The notes beneath the pieces are model-generated. The model had not been told where the DNA came from and ran no database searches. It saw only the letters and a program-made list of their open reading frames with translations. Below, one piece after another: positions 14,979 through 25,620 of a stretch of 64,000 nucleotides of DNA (position 1 is the stretch's first letter; each line of letters starts with the position of its first letter). The DNA is from a virus. Taxonomy: Duplodnaviria > Caudoviricetes. Location: IMG/VR virus record IMGVR_UViG_3300046804_003398, one strand, 5' to 3'. Made by a program: the position numbers and the translations under genes.

Positions 14979-17900
14979 ATGGCACTACTAGCTCCAAGAT
15001 ATTTAAACGGAACAAACTACAGCGATATATCGACACTCACACCGCAAGATACAAATTACACGATATATCAGCCTGAACGTTATGGTTATCGAATTGGTCA
15101 AGAGAACATAATTCCCTACATCTCGTCTCTTATCTACAAGTATCAACGTGCAGATATTAGTGCCGGCACTCACTGGTGGGGTAGAAAAAGCACAGACCCT
15201 ATGTTTTTGCCAAATACTGCATATCCTGCGATTGATTTGTTGTTATCATCTGGATACAGTGTTGAGACCCAAAATGGATATGAACTAAACGGTGCCGGAA
15301 AGAATGCGACCATTTTAAAGAGAGTGGATGATTATGACAAGACAGGGGGGTATGGTGGATTTGGAATTGTTCCATCTGGAGTTAATTCTTCATATCAAAT
15401 CACAACTTCGGGCACAACATTTACTGCATATTGGCCTGAAGTTTTAACATCTGTTGGAACATACTATTGGCAAAAATCTACAGATGGTGGGACAACATGG
15501 AACACCATCGCGACTGGTGCTGGTCCTACTATTCCAAACTATACTATTTCTACGTTGACTCCGAGTGATTCAGGTAAATACAGATGTGTTGTTTTAACCA
15601 GTCCAGTGTATACTTTTAACAGTGGATATCTCGCCAGTATAGAAATTACAATAACCGAATCAGGTGGAGTATACTTTGTGTCATGGTATTTGAATAACTC
15701 ATCAAACATGTTTTATTCGAATTTCTATGCGGATACTGACGATGTGATTATTCGTGATATGACTTGGGATGGTAATCAAAACAACAACTTCACTGTCAAT
15801 AGTCCCACAAACTCAGGTATATTTATCAAAGGCAAAAGAACACAAATATCAAGATGTAAATTCATAAACTTTGGTGTGGGAAATTCTCTTTATTCATATC
15901 CAGGTCAAGGCGTTGGTGAGTGTTTTGTAATTTTAGCAACAACAACAAACTACAAAACTGATACTGGACCAACAATTGAAGAGTGTGAATTTACTTCGCC
16001 AGGTATTAAAAATGGTCCAGATGTTTCAGGTGCTACACCAGAATATACATGTATAGCATTCAGTGGTTTAGACGCCGTTGTTAAAAACAATAAGTTCTAT
16101 GACTTGAAATTCAATACCAATCAAAGAAGTCCAGTCCACTGTGTCAGTTACGGCGGAAGTTACAACTCAAAGATGATCGGTAACTCATTTGTTAACATTG
16201 ATGGCCAGGCATTTTATGTAGATAGTTATCCAGTCACAGGATCATATATTCAGAACAACTACATAAGTGCTTCATGGTTCGCATTTAGTATAACATCACA
16301 ACCATGGAGTGATCCAAATCAAGTGACCAACTTTAAGGATATTGATTTCAGCAACAACACAGTTATTTTGTCAGATGGTCCAACTACATATGAGTGGTTT
16401 GCTGGTCAAGGTGGAAATGTGTATCCTAGTATTTATTTTGGTTATGTCAAGACTTCTGGTATGGTTACACCATTCAGTAATGTAAAGAGTCATAACAACA
16501 AATTGAAACTTGGTTATTATGATGGATCTGCCCAAAATGGATGGCCTGCCAATTTAGCAGCTGCTGGTGACAGCAGTATTTTATGGTCATTCCCAACTGG
16601 AGGAACTTATTTTGGTGCATCTACGTTTACATCATCAAACGAAACATTAGTAACCAGTTTTCCAACATCAAGTATGCGATTGTCATCCAAGGTAAACAGA
16701 GTTGTTTCGCCTGGTGAACTTTCATATGTTGTATCTAAGGACTCAAACAATCCAATCGGAACTGGAACACAAACTCAAGTAGCCACAGTTTCGTCGTCGT
16801 TCTTAAATCCAAGTAATGGTTCGTTTGTGGTGACCAATTTCAAGAATCTTTCAAAGAATTCTACCTATTATTACTGGTTGAAACACAATGCTGGTAATAT
16901 CTACTATTCATCTAGTTTGTATTTAACGTCAAGCACATATCTTGGAAAGTTCAAGACCAGACCAAACGGATATGAACCATACTCATTTACAGCAAGTTTT
17001 GCAAGTTGTATGCAAAGCAACACTGTATCAACCATATTCAACAAAATCAAGAATTACAATCCCGATGTATTCATTCAAATAGGTGATATATTCTACTGGG
17101 ATGGTAGCCAAGAACCATCATCAACTGCGCAACATGAAAGTGCATATCAAAATGTGTTTTCATCCGCTTCTGGTTACCTATCGTATGGTTCTCCAAATCC
17201 AAACTATTTTCCAAACATGTTAAAGAACGTAGCATTCGACTACATGTGGGACGATCATGACTATGGCAACAACAATTCGGATGGAACCAACGTAAACAAG
17301 GGTCACGCTGCTTTGTCAGTAGCTACGATGGTTCCACACGTTCCGTTCACAGCTCCTACTACAACATACACATCCGCATCAGTGAGTGTGAACTTCCAAC
17401 CAATATATCATTCATGGAACGTAGGAAGAGTCAAGTTTATCATTACCGACAATAGAAGTGAAAGATCTCCATATACTGATCCAGATACGCCATCAAAAGT
17501 TATATGGAGTGCTACACAAGAATCTTGGTTCATGAATGAAGTTCGTGACACAAGATATCCCATAAAATTCTGGGTCAACACATATCCATGGGAAGCAACA
17601 AATTCAGCACCATATGATGGTGATGATGGTTGGGAAGACTATACATACTATAGACAAAAAATTGCCAACTTCTTCACAAGGTTCTCGGGTTCAATTGGCA
17701 AGCTTATTGTGTTGTCTGGTGACGCACACATGACTGCGATAGATGACGGATTGTATTCTACTTGGTATGGTAGTGGAAGTAGATTGTCTCCACCAATGAC
17801 CATATATCATTCAGCACCAATAGATCAGTTTGGTAGCAGAAAAGGTGGACCTTATATGTTAAGCGGGTCAGACATTCTTCGTGGCGGATCAACTGCTACT

Positions 17901-18197
17901 TGGTTAACCAGTGATCCAGACTATGCAGAAGCATTCAATAATTTAAGTTCATCTTATACATCGGCCAACAATAGGTTTGGATGTATTGAAATTGGAGATG
18001 ATCTCACAGGTCTAATAAACATCGATCTATATTCAAGAAGCGGAAATACAGCTACAAATCCACCTTATGCTGGTGATCCTCGTTTTCCAATGGTCAATGG
18101 TAATTATAGAAAGTTAAGATTGACATTGGATGTAAGCAGTTACCTTAGTGGGTCTGGTGGATACATACAACAAAGTTCTAGCTTCTTGGGGTATTAA
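14979..18197 (+). CDS. phoD: beta-helix/Ig-domain protein with C-terminal PhoD alkaline phosphatase
   Basis: Parallel beta-helix repeats, Ig-like YYWQKSTDGG..SDSGKYRCVV; PhoD motifs FASC, IQIGDIFYWD, WDDHDY, DNRSER, VLSGDAH; no signal peptide. Confidence 0.85.
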   Translation: MALLAPRYLNGTNYSDISTLTPQDTNYTIYQPERYGYRIGQENIIPYISSLIYKYQRADISAGTHWWGRKSTDPMFLPNTAYPAIDLLLSSGYSVETQNGYELNGAGKNATILKRVDDYDKTGGYGGFGIVPSGVNSSYQITTSGTTFTAYWPEVLTSVGTYYWQKSTDGGTTWNTIATGAGPTIPNYTISTLTPSDSGKYRCVVLTSPVYTFNSGYLASIEITITESGGVYFVSWYLNNSSNMFYSNFYADTDDVIIRDMTWDGNQNNNFTVNSPTNSGIFIKGKRTQISRCKFINFGVGNSLYSYPGQGVGECFVILATTTNYKTDTGPTIEECEFTSPGIKNGPDVSGATPEYTCIAFSGLDAVVKNNKFYDLKFNTNQRSPVHCVSYGGSYNSKMIGNSFVNIDGQAFYVDSYPVTGSYIQNNYISASWFAFSITSQPWSDPNQVTNFKDIDFSNNTVILSDGPTTYEWFAGQGGNVYPSIYFGYVKTSGMVTPFSNVKSHNNKLKLGYYDGSAQNGWPANLAAAGDSSILWSFPTGGTYFGASTFTSSNETLVTSFPTSSMRLSSKVNRVVSPGELSYVVSKDSNNPIGTGTQTQVATVSSSFLNPSNGSFVVTNFKNLSKNSTYYYWLKHNAGNIYYSSSLYLTSSTYLGKFKTRPNGYEPYSFTASFASCMQSNTVSTIFNKIKNYNPDVFIQIGDIFYWDGSQEPSSTAQHESAYQNVFSSASGYLSYGSPNPNYFPNMLKNVAFDYMWDDHDYGNNNSDGTNVNKGHAALSVATMVPHVPFTAPTTTYTSASVSVNFQPIYHSWNVGRVKFIITDNRSERSPYTDPDTPSKVIWSATQESWFMNEVRDTRYPIKFWVNTYPWEATNSAPYDGDDGWEDYTYYRQKIANFFTRFSGSIGKLIVLSGDAHMTAIDDGLYSTWYGSGSRLSPPMTIYHSAPIDQFGSRKGGPYMLSGSDILRGGSTATWLTSDPDYAEAFNNLSSSYTSANNRFGCIEIGDDLTGLINIDLYSRSGNTATNPPYAGDPRFPMVNGNYRKLRLTLDVSSYLSGSGGYIQQSSSFLGY

Positions 18198-18209
18198 CGA
18201 TTTGAAAAC

Positions 18210-18218
18210 ATATTTATA
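18210..18218 (+). promoter_or_regulatory. recurrent (A/C)TATTTAT(A/T) late-promoter-like motif (representative copy)
   Basis: Also at 12788, 14309, 14961, 40523, 42553, 43547 and 47051 (+) and 9973, 39798, 46992, 57872 and 60452 (-), always 3-16 nt before an ATG on the coding strand. Confidence 0.75.
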
Positions 18219-18223
18219 CTCAT

Positions 18224-20062
18224 ATGATTATTGATTGGGCTGTTTATTATCAACAAAATAAGCATCTTCCATTGAATAGAGTGATGGAAGACTACAAAGT
18301 AATGCTTAACGAGTTTAATGAGATGATGACTCTCATAACTCAACAAAGTGGACAAGCTGCCGGAGGCGGTGGCGGAACAACCCCATCCCCAACACCACCT
18401 GGTCCAACACCAACACCAACACCAACTTCTACAGTCACTCCAACTCCAACAGTCACGGGAACACCAACTCCTACTCCCACTACTACATCAACACCTACGC
18501 CAAGCCCAACGCCTACTGCAACTGCTACATCAACACCTACTCCTACTGTTACTCCGACACCTACTGCAACTCCTGAGCCAGTTTATACGTTTGGTTTATT
18601 AGGTGACAGTGGTCAAGCTGGGTTGTTGACTTATACTCAAGCAGTTGCAGATGGAATTCAAAGTCGCAATCCAGATTGGGTGATACATTTGGGTGATGCA
18701 AACTATAGTGGAATTCCAGAAGTAATGACCAACTTCTTGGATTATTGGTCGAGTTATGATTATGCGAACGACATGTATTTTGCATTTGGTAATCATGATT
18801 TGGATTATGACTATGGTGCTACAATATTGAGTAAATTGACTGCGGTGAATACTCTTATAGGTGCAACAAAAGTAACAAATAGACTTTATTGTTATGATTT
18901 TGTTCGTGGACCAATCCATTTCTTTGTGTTTAATAGCGGTAACAGTCCAGCCGGAGATTCAATGAATGAAGCAATAGATCCTAACATCCAGTTGTCTTCT
19001 CAAATTAGTGAATTGGAACCAAAGATTTTAGCTTCTAGTGCTCCATGGAAGATAGTTGTAGTTCACAGACCACCTTGGTCAAGCGAACAAATTCATAGAA
19101 CTGGAACACCTCCAATGAGATTGGATTATGCGGCTTTGGGTGTTAATGTAGTATTGAGCGCACACTCTCATGATTATGAATATATCTACACCGGTGGAGT
19201 TCCATACTTCGTTCAAGGACTTGGTGGAGCTACAAAACGTTGTGCTGTTGATCCTAGAGTTGATGGCGCAGTATTTGATTTCTGTGATCAATGGGGTTAT
19301 ACCATGGTTTCCGCAACTTCAAATCAATTGACGTTCACAACATATGACATAGATGGTAACACAAGAGATACAAGAGTAATCGCAAAGGGAACACCAACCC
19401 CAACGGCAACTCCTACATCAACACCAACTGTAACGCCAACTCCTACCGTTACACCTACCACTACTCCAACTCCAACACCAGGAGGACCAACGGCTACTCC
19501 TACGCCAACACCTACGATAACTTCAACTCCAACTCCATCACCTACCCCAATTCCATCTTCTACCCTATTACAATCGGGTAGTAATTGGAAATATTTGGAT
19601 GATGGATCTAATCAAGGAACTGCCTGGACCGGTGGTGCGTTTAATGATAGTGCTTGGTCGTCTGGAAATGCTCCTCTTGGATATGGCGATCCAATGACTA
19701 CCACAATCAGTTATGGACCAGATGCTAGTAACAAGTATATAACTTACTACTTCAGAAAACAGATCAACATACCTGATATCTCAGCTGTCACGAATGTGTT
19801 GATTAAGTTGAGAAGAGATGATGGAGCTGTTGTTTATTTCAATGGAACCGAAGTGTTGAGAGACAATATGCCTCTTGGAACAATAACTTATTTGACCACA
19901 GCTGTCGCAGCACAATCTGGTGCTCAAGAAACAACTTATTATGAATTCACTGTGTCTCCATCTTATTTGACTAGTGGCACTAACACCATTGCAGTAGAAA
20001 TCCATCAATCTGGACCTACAAGCAGTGACTTAGGATTTGACATAAGTTTGATTTCCGCATAA
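18224..20062 (+). CDS. purple-acid-phosphatase-like metallophosphoesterase with PT linkers and C-terminal beta-sandwich
   Basis: GD, GDANY, GNHD, VVHRPP and SAHSHDY motifs; two PT tracts; C-terminal WKYLDDGSNQGTAW..APLGYGD..TYYFRK domain. Confidence 0.85.
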   Translation: MIIDWAVYYQQNKHLPLNRVMEDYKVMLNEFNEMMTLITQQSGQAAGGGGGTTPSPTPPGPTPTPTPTSTVTPTPTVTGTPTPTPTTTSTPTPSPTPTATATSTPTPTVTPTPTATPEPVYTFGLLGDSGQAGLLTYTQAVADGIQSRNPDWVIHLGDANYSGIPEVMTNFLDYWSSYDYANDMYFAFGNHDLDYDYGATILSKLTAVNTLIGATKVTNRLYCYDFVRGPIHFFVFNSGNSPAGDSMNEAIDPNIQLSSQISELEPKILASSAPWKIVVVHRPPWSSEQIHRTGTPPMRLDYAALGVNVVLSAHSHDYEYIYTGGVPYFVQGLGGATKRCAVDPRVDGAVFDFCDQWGYTMVSATSNQLTFTTYDIDGNTRDTRVIAKGTPTPTATPTSTPTVTPTPTVTPTTTPTPTPGGPTATPTPTPTITSTPTPSPTPIPSSTLLQSGSNWKYLDDGSNQGTAWTGGAFNDSAWSSGNAPLGYGDPMTTTISYGPDASNKYITYYFRKQINIPDISAVTNVLIKLRRDDGAVVYFNGTEVLRDNMPLGTITYLTTAVAAQSGAQETTYYEFTVSPSYLTSGTNTIAVEIHQSGPTSSDLGFDISLISA

Positions 20063-20074
20063 ACTAATTAAGTA

Positions 20075-20353
20075 ATGAAGAAGCCCAAGGTAAAAGTTCC
20101 AAAGATCAAACTAGACAAGTGTCCAGAGTGTAAAGCAAAAGCGGGACAAATACATCTAAACGGCTGTGATATCGAAAGATGTAGTGTTTGTGGCGGTCAA
20201 TTACTCACATGTAACTGCGCAGGGCATGACAAACAGTTTGCTAGATGGACTGGATTTTGGCCTGGTTATTTAGAAAGCAAGGAACTCAACTTGGATCTAA
20301 ATAGTTTTTATGGAATGGGTCTACAAAAAGTTGTATTCGTAAAACCAGATTAA
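20075..20353 (+). CDS. Cys-rich hypothetical protein
   Basis: CPEC..[13 protein letters not shown]..CNC..HD. Confidence 0.65.
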   Translation: MKKPKVKVPKIKLDKCPECKAKAGQIHLNGCDIERCSVCGGQLLTCNCAGHDKQFARWTGFWPGYLESKELNLDLNSFYGMGLQKVVFVKPD

Positions 20354-21153
20354 ATAACGATTTCAGCCCTATCCATTAGTTCGTTATATTCAGCTTCACT
20401 CATTTTTGCCAAATCTTCATAGTGACAACCATAATTGTTTTTGGTTGTATGCGCACTTCTACGATTCATGTGAAACGTTGATTTACTCACAGTATACTCG
20501 TATGAAAGATACTTGTAATGCAACATTTTTAACTTGATTGGAGCATCTCTTAAAAACGTTCCCAAAGAAGCATATTCACCATCACCATCTGTGTGTGCTT
20601 CACAATCTGGAACTACAATTCCTTGAGGTTCCGCATAATTACAACCCATGTTATAATTGATGTTTGTAATTTTTTGTGGATCAAAGATGATTCGTTTTCT
20701 AATTGACCCAGGATAACGTGAAGTATCCCATATACCTCTTTTTACTTGATCTGTAATTGGCACACCATACGTTGGAAACACTTTTGATGTCATTTGATAA
20801 CCATTTACTTGAGGCCATGTTACACCTCTGTCCTTGAATTCTTTTAGAACGTCGAGTATGTTTGGATGATATAAAAACTCATCAACATCACATACAATTT
20901 GCCAATCATATTGATTACTGAACTGTTTGTAGTAATTGTTACGAATATCCAACAACGTTAAATCGTCCAACTCTTTTCCATCATCCAAATAAACCAACTT
21001 TGCTTTGGGATATTTACTTACCACCTCAATGGTATTGTCGGTGCTGTGACCATCACAAATCATGATTGAGTCACAGAACTTGGAATAATGATCAAGAAAG
21101 AAAGGTAATATTCTACCTTCGTTTTTTGTAACAGTTATAACATTGATTTTCAT
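20350..21153 (-). CDS. glycosyltransferase family 2-like
   Basis: [36 protein letters not shown]. Confidence 0.85.
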   Translation of the reverse strand: MKINVITVTKNEGRILPFFLDHYSKFCDSIMICDGHSTDNTIEVVSKYPKAKLVYLDDGKELDDLTLLDIRNNYYKQFSNQYDWQIVCDVDEFLYHPNILDVLKEFKDRGVTWPQVNGYQMTSKVFPTYGVPITDQVKRGIWDTSRYPGSIRKRIIFDPQKITNINYNMGCNYAEPQGIVVPDCEAHTDGDGEYASLGTFLRDAPIKLKMLHYKYLSYEYTVSKSTFHMNRRSAHTTKNNYGCHYEDLAKMSEAEYNELMDRAEIVI

Positions 21154-21163
21154 CTGACCCTTA

Positions 21164-21379
21164 CTACTTAATGTTCTTCATGGCAGGTGTAGCCTTGTGC
21201 CATGGAACTTCAATTACTGGAATACCTTGATTTTGTTGTTGTGGTGGAACTGGACCAGCTGGTGGTGTTGTTTGTGCCAATTGTGCCTTTGCGGCTTGTT
21301 GACTGTTGTTAAACCCTGGGTTGTTGGACATTACTCCACCTAGTGGTTTTGGGTTTGCGATTCCTAATACAAATGCCAT
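21164..21379 (-). CDS. small Pro/Gln-rich hypothetical protein
   Basis: 71-aa ORF in the minus-strand array. Confidence 0.55.
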   Translation of the reverse strand: MAFVLGIANPKPLGGVMSNNPGFNNSQQAAKAQLAQTTPPAGPVPPQQQNQGIPVIEVPWHKATPAMKNIK

Positions 21380-21411
21380 ATGTTTATTTTATCCTTTCTC
21401 TATATCAATAA

Positions 21412-22338
21412 CTATCGTTTTCCATACACTTCACAGTAGTTTTCTATTACTTTTTTGTATGGTGGAAATAGATTGTAGTTGTCAATATCAATTTCTTGTT
21501 TCATTTTACTGACGTATCTGAGTATTGATGGGTCACTTTCAATTGCCAAGTCAACCAAAGGTTCTCCTCGACGGTGTGTGAAATACTTTTGAGTAATACC
21601 AAGAAAGTGATGATACTTTACTTTCATCGGATTGATCAAATACGCTTTATCAGATGATTGTATACACTTCAACAATCCCCATTCATAATGATCATATGTT
21701 CTTCGTTCATCTGTTTCTTTCAATAAAGTTGTGTTATTGATCAACAAGTAATCTTTAGCATTTTCAAACAATTCACGTTGGTTGTTATGATATGTGTAAC
21801 GTATGACTTCTTTCTCAAGATTCAAGAACGTGATATCTTTCATATTCAATAAAAAGTCACGTTTGATGACAAAAAAAGAAATGTCTCCATGAGGTCGATG
21901 TGTGCTACCGATACCCAATACCACAATTTCAAAGTCTTCATTAAACACTTTTTCTATTTTGTCCCATTCATCAATCACAAGATCGGTTTCGAGTCTAGCA
22001 ACATATTCACAATTGGTTTGATCTACACAATATTCAAATGGATACAAATACTGATGACTAAATGTTGAATCTAATTGATTGCCTGACCACTTGGTAGTAA
22101 TTGGAAGTCCATCAGCTGATAATTGTTCTACTACAGCATATCCCTCCAAATCTTGTTTCAACCACTCATAAAACTCATTTGCTTGTTCTTGAGATATGTC
22201 TATACCGCTTGGAATAGATGGAATTATAACTCTTATTTCAACCATACACTTTGACAACCGTTCTTTGATTAGTTTTCTACAAAGAGGATAGTCACAATAT
22301 TCAGCCCATGGTATACAACATGATATCTTCTTGGTCAT
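21412..22338 (-). CDS. putative glycosyltransferase, paralog 1 of 3
   Basis: CCIPWAEYCDYPL, YVARLETD (ExD at the DxD position), HHFLG; start reset to MTKKISCC. Confidence 0.55.
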   Translation of the reverse strand: MTKKISCCIPWAEYCDYPLCRKLIKERLSKCMVEIRVIIPSIPSGIDISQEQANEFYEWLKQDLEGYAVVEQLSADGLPITTKWSGNQLDSTFSHQYLYPFEYCVDQTNCEYVARLETDLVIDEWDKIEKVFNEDFEIVVLGIGSTHRPHGDISFFVIKRDFLLNMKDITFLNLEKEVIRYTYHNNQRELFENAKDYLLINNTTLLKETDERRTYDHYEWGLLKCIQSSDKAYLINPMKVKYHHFLGITQKYFTHRRGEPLVDLAIESDPSILRYVSKMKQEIDIDNYNLFPPYKKVIENYCEVYGKR

Positions 22339-22340
22339 AA

Positions 22341-23288
22341 TTACTTTGTTCCGTATTCTATACAATAATTGTCTAACAGTGTTTTATACGGTGGAAATAG
22401 ATTGTAATTGTTGAGGTCAATTTCATCACGCATATAGTGAATATATTTCATCCACGGAGATTGAGGATGATTCAACCCATCACTAGCTTGTGGTGTTTGA
22501 TCTGGTGACTTGAGACGGCGATACATAAAATAATGTTGCGTCATACCTACATAGTGATCGAAATTAACTGTGATGGGATTGATCAAATATGTCTTATCAG
22601 ATTGTTCTATACATCTAAATACACACCACTGAAAAATGTCATATAGAAACTCCTCGTCTGATTTTTGTAACATCTTGGCTTTATCAAGTAATATGTAATC
22701 GGTCCCAGACGTTCTTAACTCCTCAGTATTGTTGTGATATGAATACCAAATCTTTCTCTGTTTGACCATCGTGAATATCATATCTTGAATGTTCAACAGA
22801 CGACTTCTTTTGCATGCGAAAAACGACACATCTCCCGCTGATCTGTGTGTTTTGCCTATACCCACAGTTACTACATCAAAATCTTCTTCCAGAGCTTTTT
22901 CAAACTTATCCCAATCTTTTGTAACAAAATCTGTCTCAATTCTGGCCACATAATCATAGTTACACTGGTCTACACAATATTCAAATTGATATGCGTAAAG
23001 TGGATTGTAATTTCTGTCGTTGGTATTGCCGGACCACTTGGTTGTAGTAGTTACTGTATGATCTATGACTGATCTTTCTACAATAGCATAACCACGTAAA
23101 TCTTCACTTAACCAGTTGTAAAACTCATCCACAGCTTCTTGTGACAATTTAATGCCATGTGGGCTAGATGGAATAATTACACGAATCTCCGTCATACACT
23201 TTGACAGTTTTTCTTTGATCAACTTTCGACACAAAGGGTAGTCACAGTATTCGGTCCACGGTATACAACAAAGTATTTGTTTATTCAT
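22341..23288 (-). CDS. putative glycosyltransferase, paralog 2 of 3
   Basis: CCIPWTEYCDYPL, YVARIETD, DHYVG. Confidence 0.55.
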   Translation of the reverse strand: MNKQILCCIPWTEYCDYPLCRKLIKEKLSKCMTEIRVIIPSSPHGIKLSQEAVDEFYNWLSEDLRGYAIVERSVIDHTVTTTTKWSGNTNDRNYNPLYAYQFEYCVDQCNYDYVARIETDFVTKDWDKFEKALEEDFDVVTVGIGKTHRSAGDVSFFACKRSRLLNIQDMIFTMVKQRKIWYSYHNNTEELRTSGTDYILLDKAKMLQKSDEEFLYDIFQWCVFRCIEQSDKTYLINPITVNFDHYVGMTQHYFMYRRLKSPDQTPQASDGLNHPQSPWMKYIHYMRDEIDLNNYNLFPPYKTLLDNYCIEYGTK

Positions 23289-23290
23289 AA

Positions 23291-24202
23291 TCAAGAACCA
23301 TATACTTCACAATAATTCTCCATCAAACTCTTGTATGGAGGAAATAAGTTATAGTCATCAATATTGATTTCCAACTTAACTCTATCAATATACTGTAGAA
23401 ACCTATCGTCGTGACTCTTCTCCAACGGAATATTTCTAAGATGAGCATACTGTCTGATGTTCATACCCAGATAGTGTTTGAATTCCACCACGTTGCTATT
23501 GATAATATAGACCTTATCTGACTTCTCACAAAACTGCATCAATGCCCACTGTAGTTGGTCATATGATTTGGTTTCATTTGGATTACTGATAATACCGTTC
23601 TTTCTATCAAATACGCAATAGGTATCAAAAATATTACCAGAACAAGATCCTAGTCCATTTGGAGCAAACTTGATACTACGTTGTTCAGTTTCGTCAAATC
23701 TCAAGTTTTCAAGTGACAACAATACTTCCTTCTTTGCCACAAAACAACTGATGTCAATCGATTCTCTGTGAAAATGACCGGTTGTGATTAAGTCAAAATC
23801 TTCATCAAATATCTTTTCAATATTGTCCCAGTCTTTGGTGACGAAATCAGTCTCAATTCTAGCAATATAGTCATACTCACATTCATCCAGACACACTTCT
23901 AGGGGATAACTGTAACCATGCTTGTAATTTCCATCACGAAGATTGCCAGAATACTTGGTTGTCTGTGGCACTTGGTCAATGGTGATTACCTTGACCTCCG
24001 CATACCCCTTTAAATCGTTCCGTAACCACTCTACAAACTCGTTTGATTGCTGTTGGGTTATGTGTAGACCCTCCGGGAAAGAAGACACCACAATTTGAAT
24101 TTTGGCCATGCACTTGGATAACTTTTCCTTGATCAGTTTTCTAGCCAATGGAAAGTCACCATATTCAGCCCAAGGGATGCAACAATATATCTGTTTGTTC
24201 AT
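23291..24202 (-). CDS. putative glycosyltransferase, paralog 3 of 3
   Basis: CCIPWAEYGDFPL, YIARIETD, KHYLG. Confidence 0.55.
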   Translation of the reverse strand: MNKQIYCCIPWAEYGDFPLARKLIKEKLSKCMAKIQIVVSSFPEGLHITQQQSNEFVEWLRNDLKGYAEVKVITIDQVPQTTKYSGNLRDGNYKHGYSYPLEVCLDECEYDYIARIETDFVTKDWDNIEKIFDEDFDLITTGHFHRESIDISCFVAKKEVLLSLENLRFDETEQRSIKFAPNGLGSCSGNIFDTYCVFDRKNGIISNPNETKSYDQLQWALMQFCEKSDKVYIINSNVVEFKHYLGMNIRQYAHLRNIPLEKSHDDRFLQYIDRVKLEINIDDYNLFPPYKSLMENYCEVYGS

Positions 24203-24219
24203 AACCCATATAACTAGTG

Positions 24220-24432
24220 TTATTTGGAGTCACAAAATTCAAACTCGTCGTTAAACATAGAATATAAATAATCGGAATACCTATCTGACAGTGTATGATC
24301 ATTTATATTAATAATTCTACGATCATCGCAGCAGTGACAACGCATATAAATGAAATCTTTCTTCACCGCCGCGGGTGTATCACATATATTGCATCTTATA
24401 TCCAAGTGTTTCATGGTTCTATAAAATATCAT
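24220..24432 (-). CDS. small Zn-ribbon protein
   Basis: CNIC..CHCC. Confidence 0.55.
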   Translation of the reverse strand: MIFYRTMKHLDIRCNICDTPAAVKKDFIYMRCHCCDDRRIININDHTLSDRYSDYLYSMFNDEFEFCDSK

Positions 24433-24444
24433 ACCACATGCTAG

Positions 24445-24478
24445 AAAAAAGGGTTGTCACAACTATGTAACAACCCTT
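24445..24478 (-). terminator. intrinsic terminator
   Basis: AAGGGTTGT/ACAACCCTT hairpin with a T-tract on the minus strand. Confidence 0.75.
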
Positions 24479-24504
24479 CGTAATTTGTAACATTAGTAAT
24501 TTAT

Positions 24505-25284
24505 TTAGAGATCAACGTAATCTTTCAATTCGATCTTACCGTTTGTGATAGTAATATACTGATTGAGATGACAGTCAATACAAATGTTATTGGCTTCTGC
24601 CACATTTGTAAAGCCTTCTTTGTGATACTGACACGCTCTACCAGTTTTCCATTGACTAGTATGACCGACAATTTGATTCAAATCCTCAATAGGTTGAAAC
24701 TCATAGTCAAAATCACACCAAACAATACCACCAGTTCTAAATCTACCACCTCTGCTATGACCCACTTGATAAAACCAATGTAGATCGTCACTCTTTAAGT
24801 GTGTTGTAGCATCATCACTACATTGATCAAGATATTTGAAAATATCATCATTTGTAGAACAAGTAGGAGGCAACAACCTTCGATCCAAACCAGCGTGAGT
24901 TAACAGAATACCATCCACAACACAAGCCCAGTGAAACTTCTGTTGAAGATAACCTCTATGTTTCTCAATTACATCATTGATTCTATCAAACTTCCATTGT
25001 TCGTAACCACTACACCACACACTAGGTGCATCAAACAAATAGTGTAGATCGTGATTGCCAAACAACGTATAGTTCTTCTTGTTAGGAATAAACTCTTCTA
25101 ACAGATACTTTGCAGTGTCAGAATAATGATGTGGATCATCATATACAAAGCTATCAAACCAATCACCAAGACAGATGTTAATCTCACCATCTTCTTTTGT
25201 GATAATTTTGTCTAGCTTTTTGTAATCATTGTGTGGATCTGCCACAATGACGATTTTCTTTTTCTTTGAATCTAAAGTTAGCAT
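24505..25284 (-). CDS. calcineurin-like metallophosphoesterase
   Basis: ADPH, LGDWFD, GNHD, THAG, VGHT. Confidence 0.9.
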   Translation of the reverse strand: MLTLDSKKKKIVIVADPHNDYKKLDKIITKEDGEINICLGDWFDSFVYDDPHHYSDTAKYLLEEFIPNKKNYTLFGNHDLHYLFDAPSVWCSGYEQWKFDRINDVIEKHRGYLQQKFHWACVVDGILLTHAGLDRRLLPPTCSTNDDIFKYLDQCSDDATTHLKSDDLHWFYQVGHSRGGRFRTGGIVWCDFDYEFQPIEDLNQIVGHTSQWKTGRACQYHKEGFTNVAEANNICIDCHLNQYITITNGKIELKDYVDL

Positions 25285-25290
25285 GAATAC

Positions 25291-25318
25291 ATTATATCAG
25301 ACTTGTAACAGATGTCAA
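25291..25318 (-). promoter_or_regulatory. sigma70-type promoter (TTGACA-N16-TATAAT)
   Basis: Consensus hexamers with TGn, directly upstream of the phosphoesterase. Confidence 0.8.
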
Positions 25319-25567
25319 CTACAAATCGGCAGTTCTGCTCTTTAGTTTAGTTATTAACCACTGTAGCATCTGTTTTTGAGTTGGATCTTTGCCATCTTTA
25401 CGGATATCGTAGTATGCTAATTCCAAATCCAACAATTTTCGTGTTGTTTCCAACTTATCTAGCCACAGTTTGTCTACAGGGTCACTGTCATTAGTTAATG
25501 TCACTAATGATTCCAAACTGGAAATGAGATATTTATTTTCTATCTCCGACAGGATTATTCGTTTCAT
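25319..25567 (-). CDS. hypothetical protein
   Basis: 82-aa ORF. Confidence 0.6.
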   Translation of the reverse strand: MKRIILSEIENKYLISSLESLVTLTNDSDPVDKLWLDKLETTRKLLDLELAYYDIRKDGKDPTQKQMLQWLITKLKSRTADL

Positions 25568-25620
25568 CCGTCTTTTTCTTTTTGTTACCCCAGTTTATGG
25601 CATCATAATTCTTGTTATAT

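Noticed and set aside
14968-14979. Stop-codon reassignment or readthrough joining the PT protein to the PhoD fusion
   Set aside because: The ORFs are in different frames, the downstream gene has its own upstream motif, genes pack tightly under the standard code, and no suppressor tRNA (CUA/UCA/UUA anticodon) was found.
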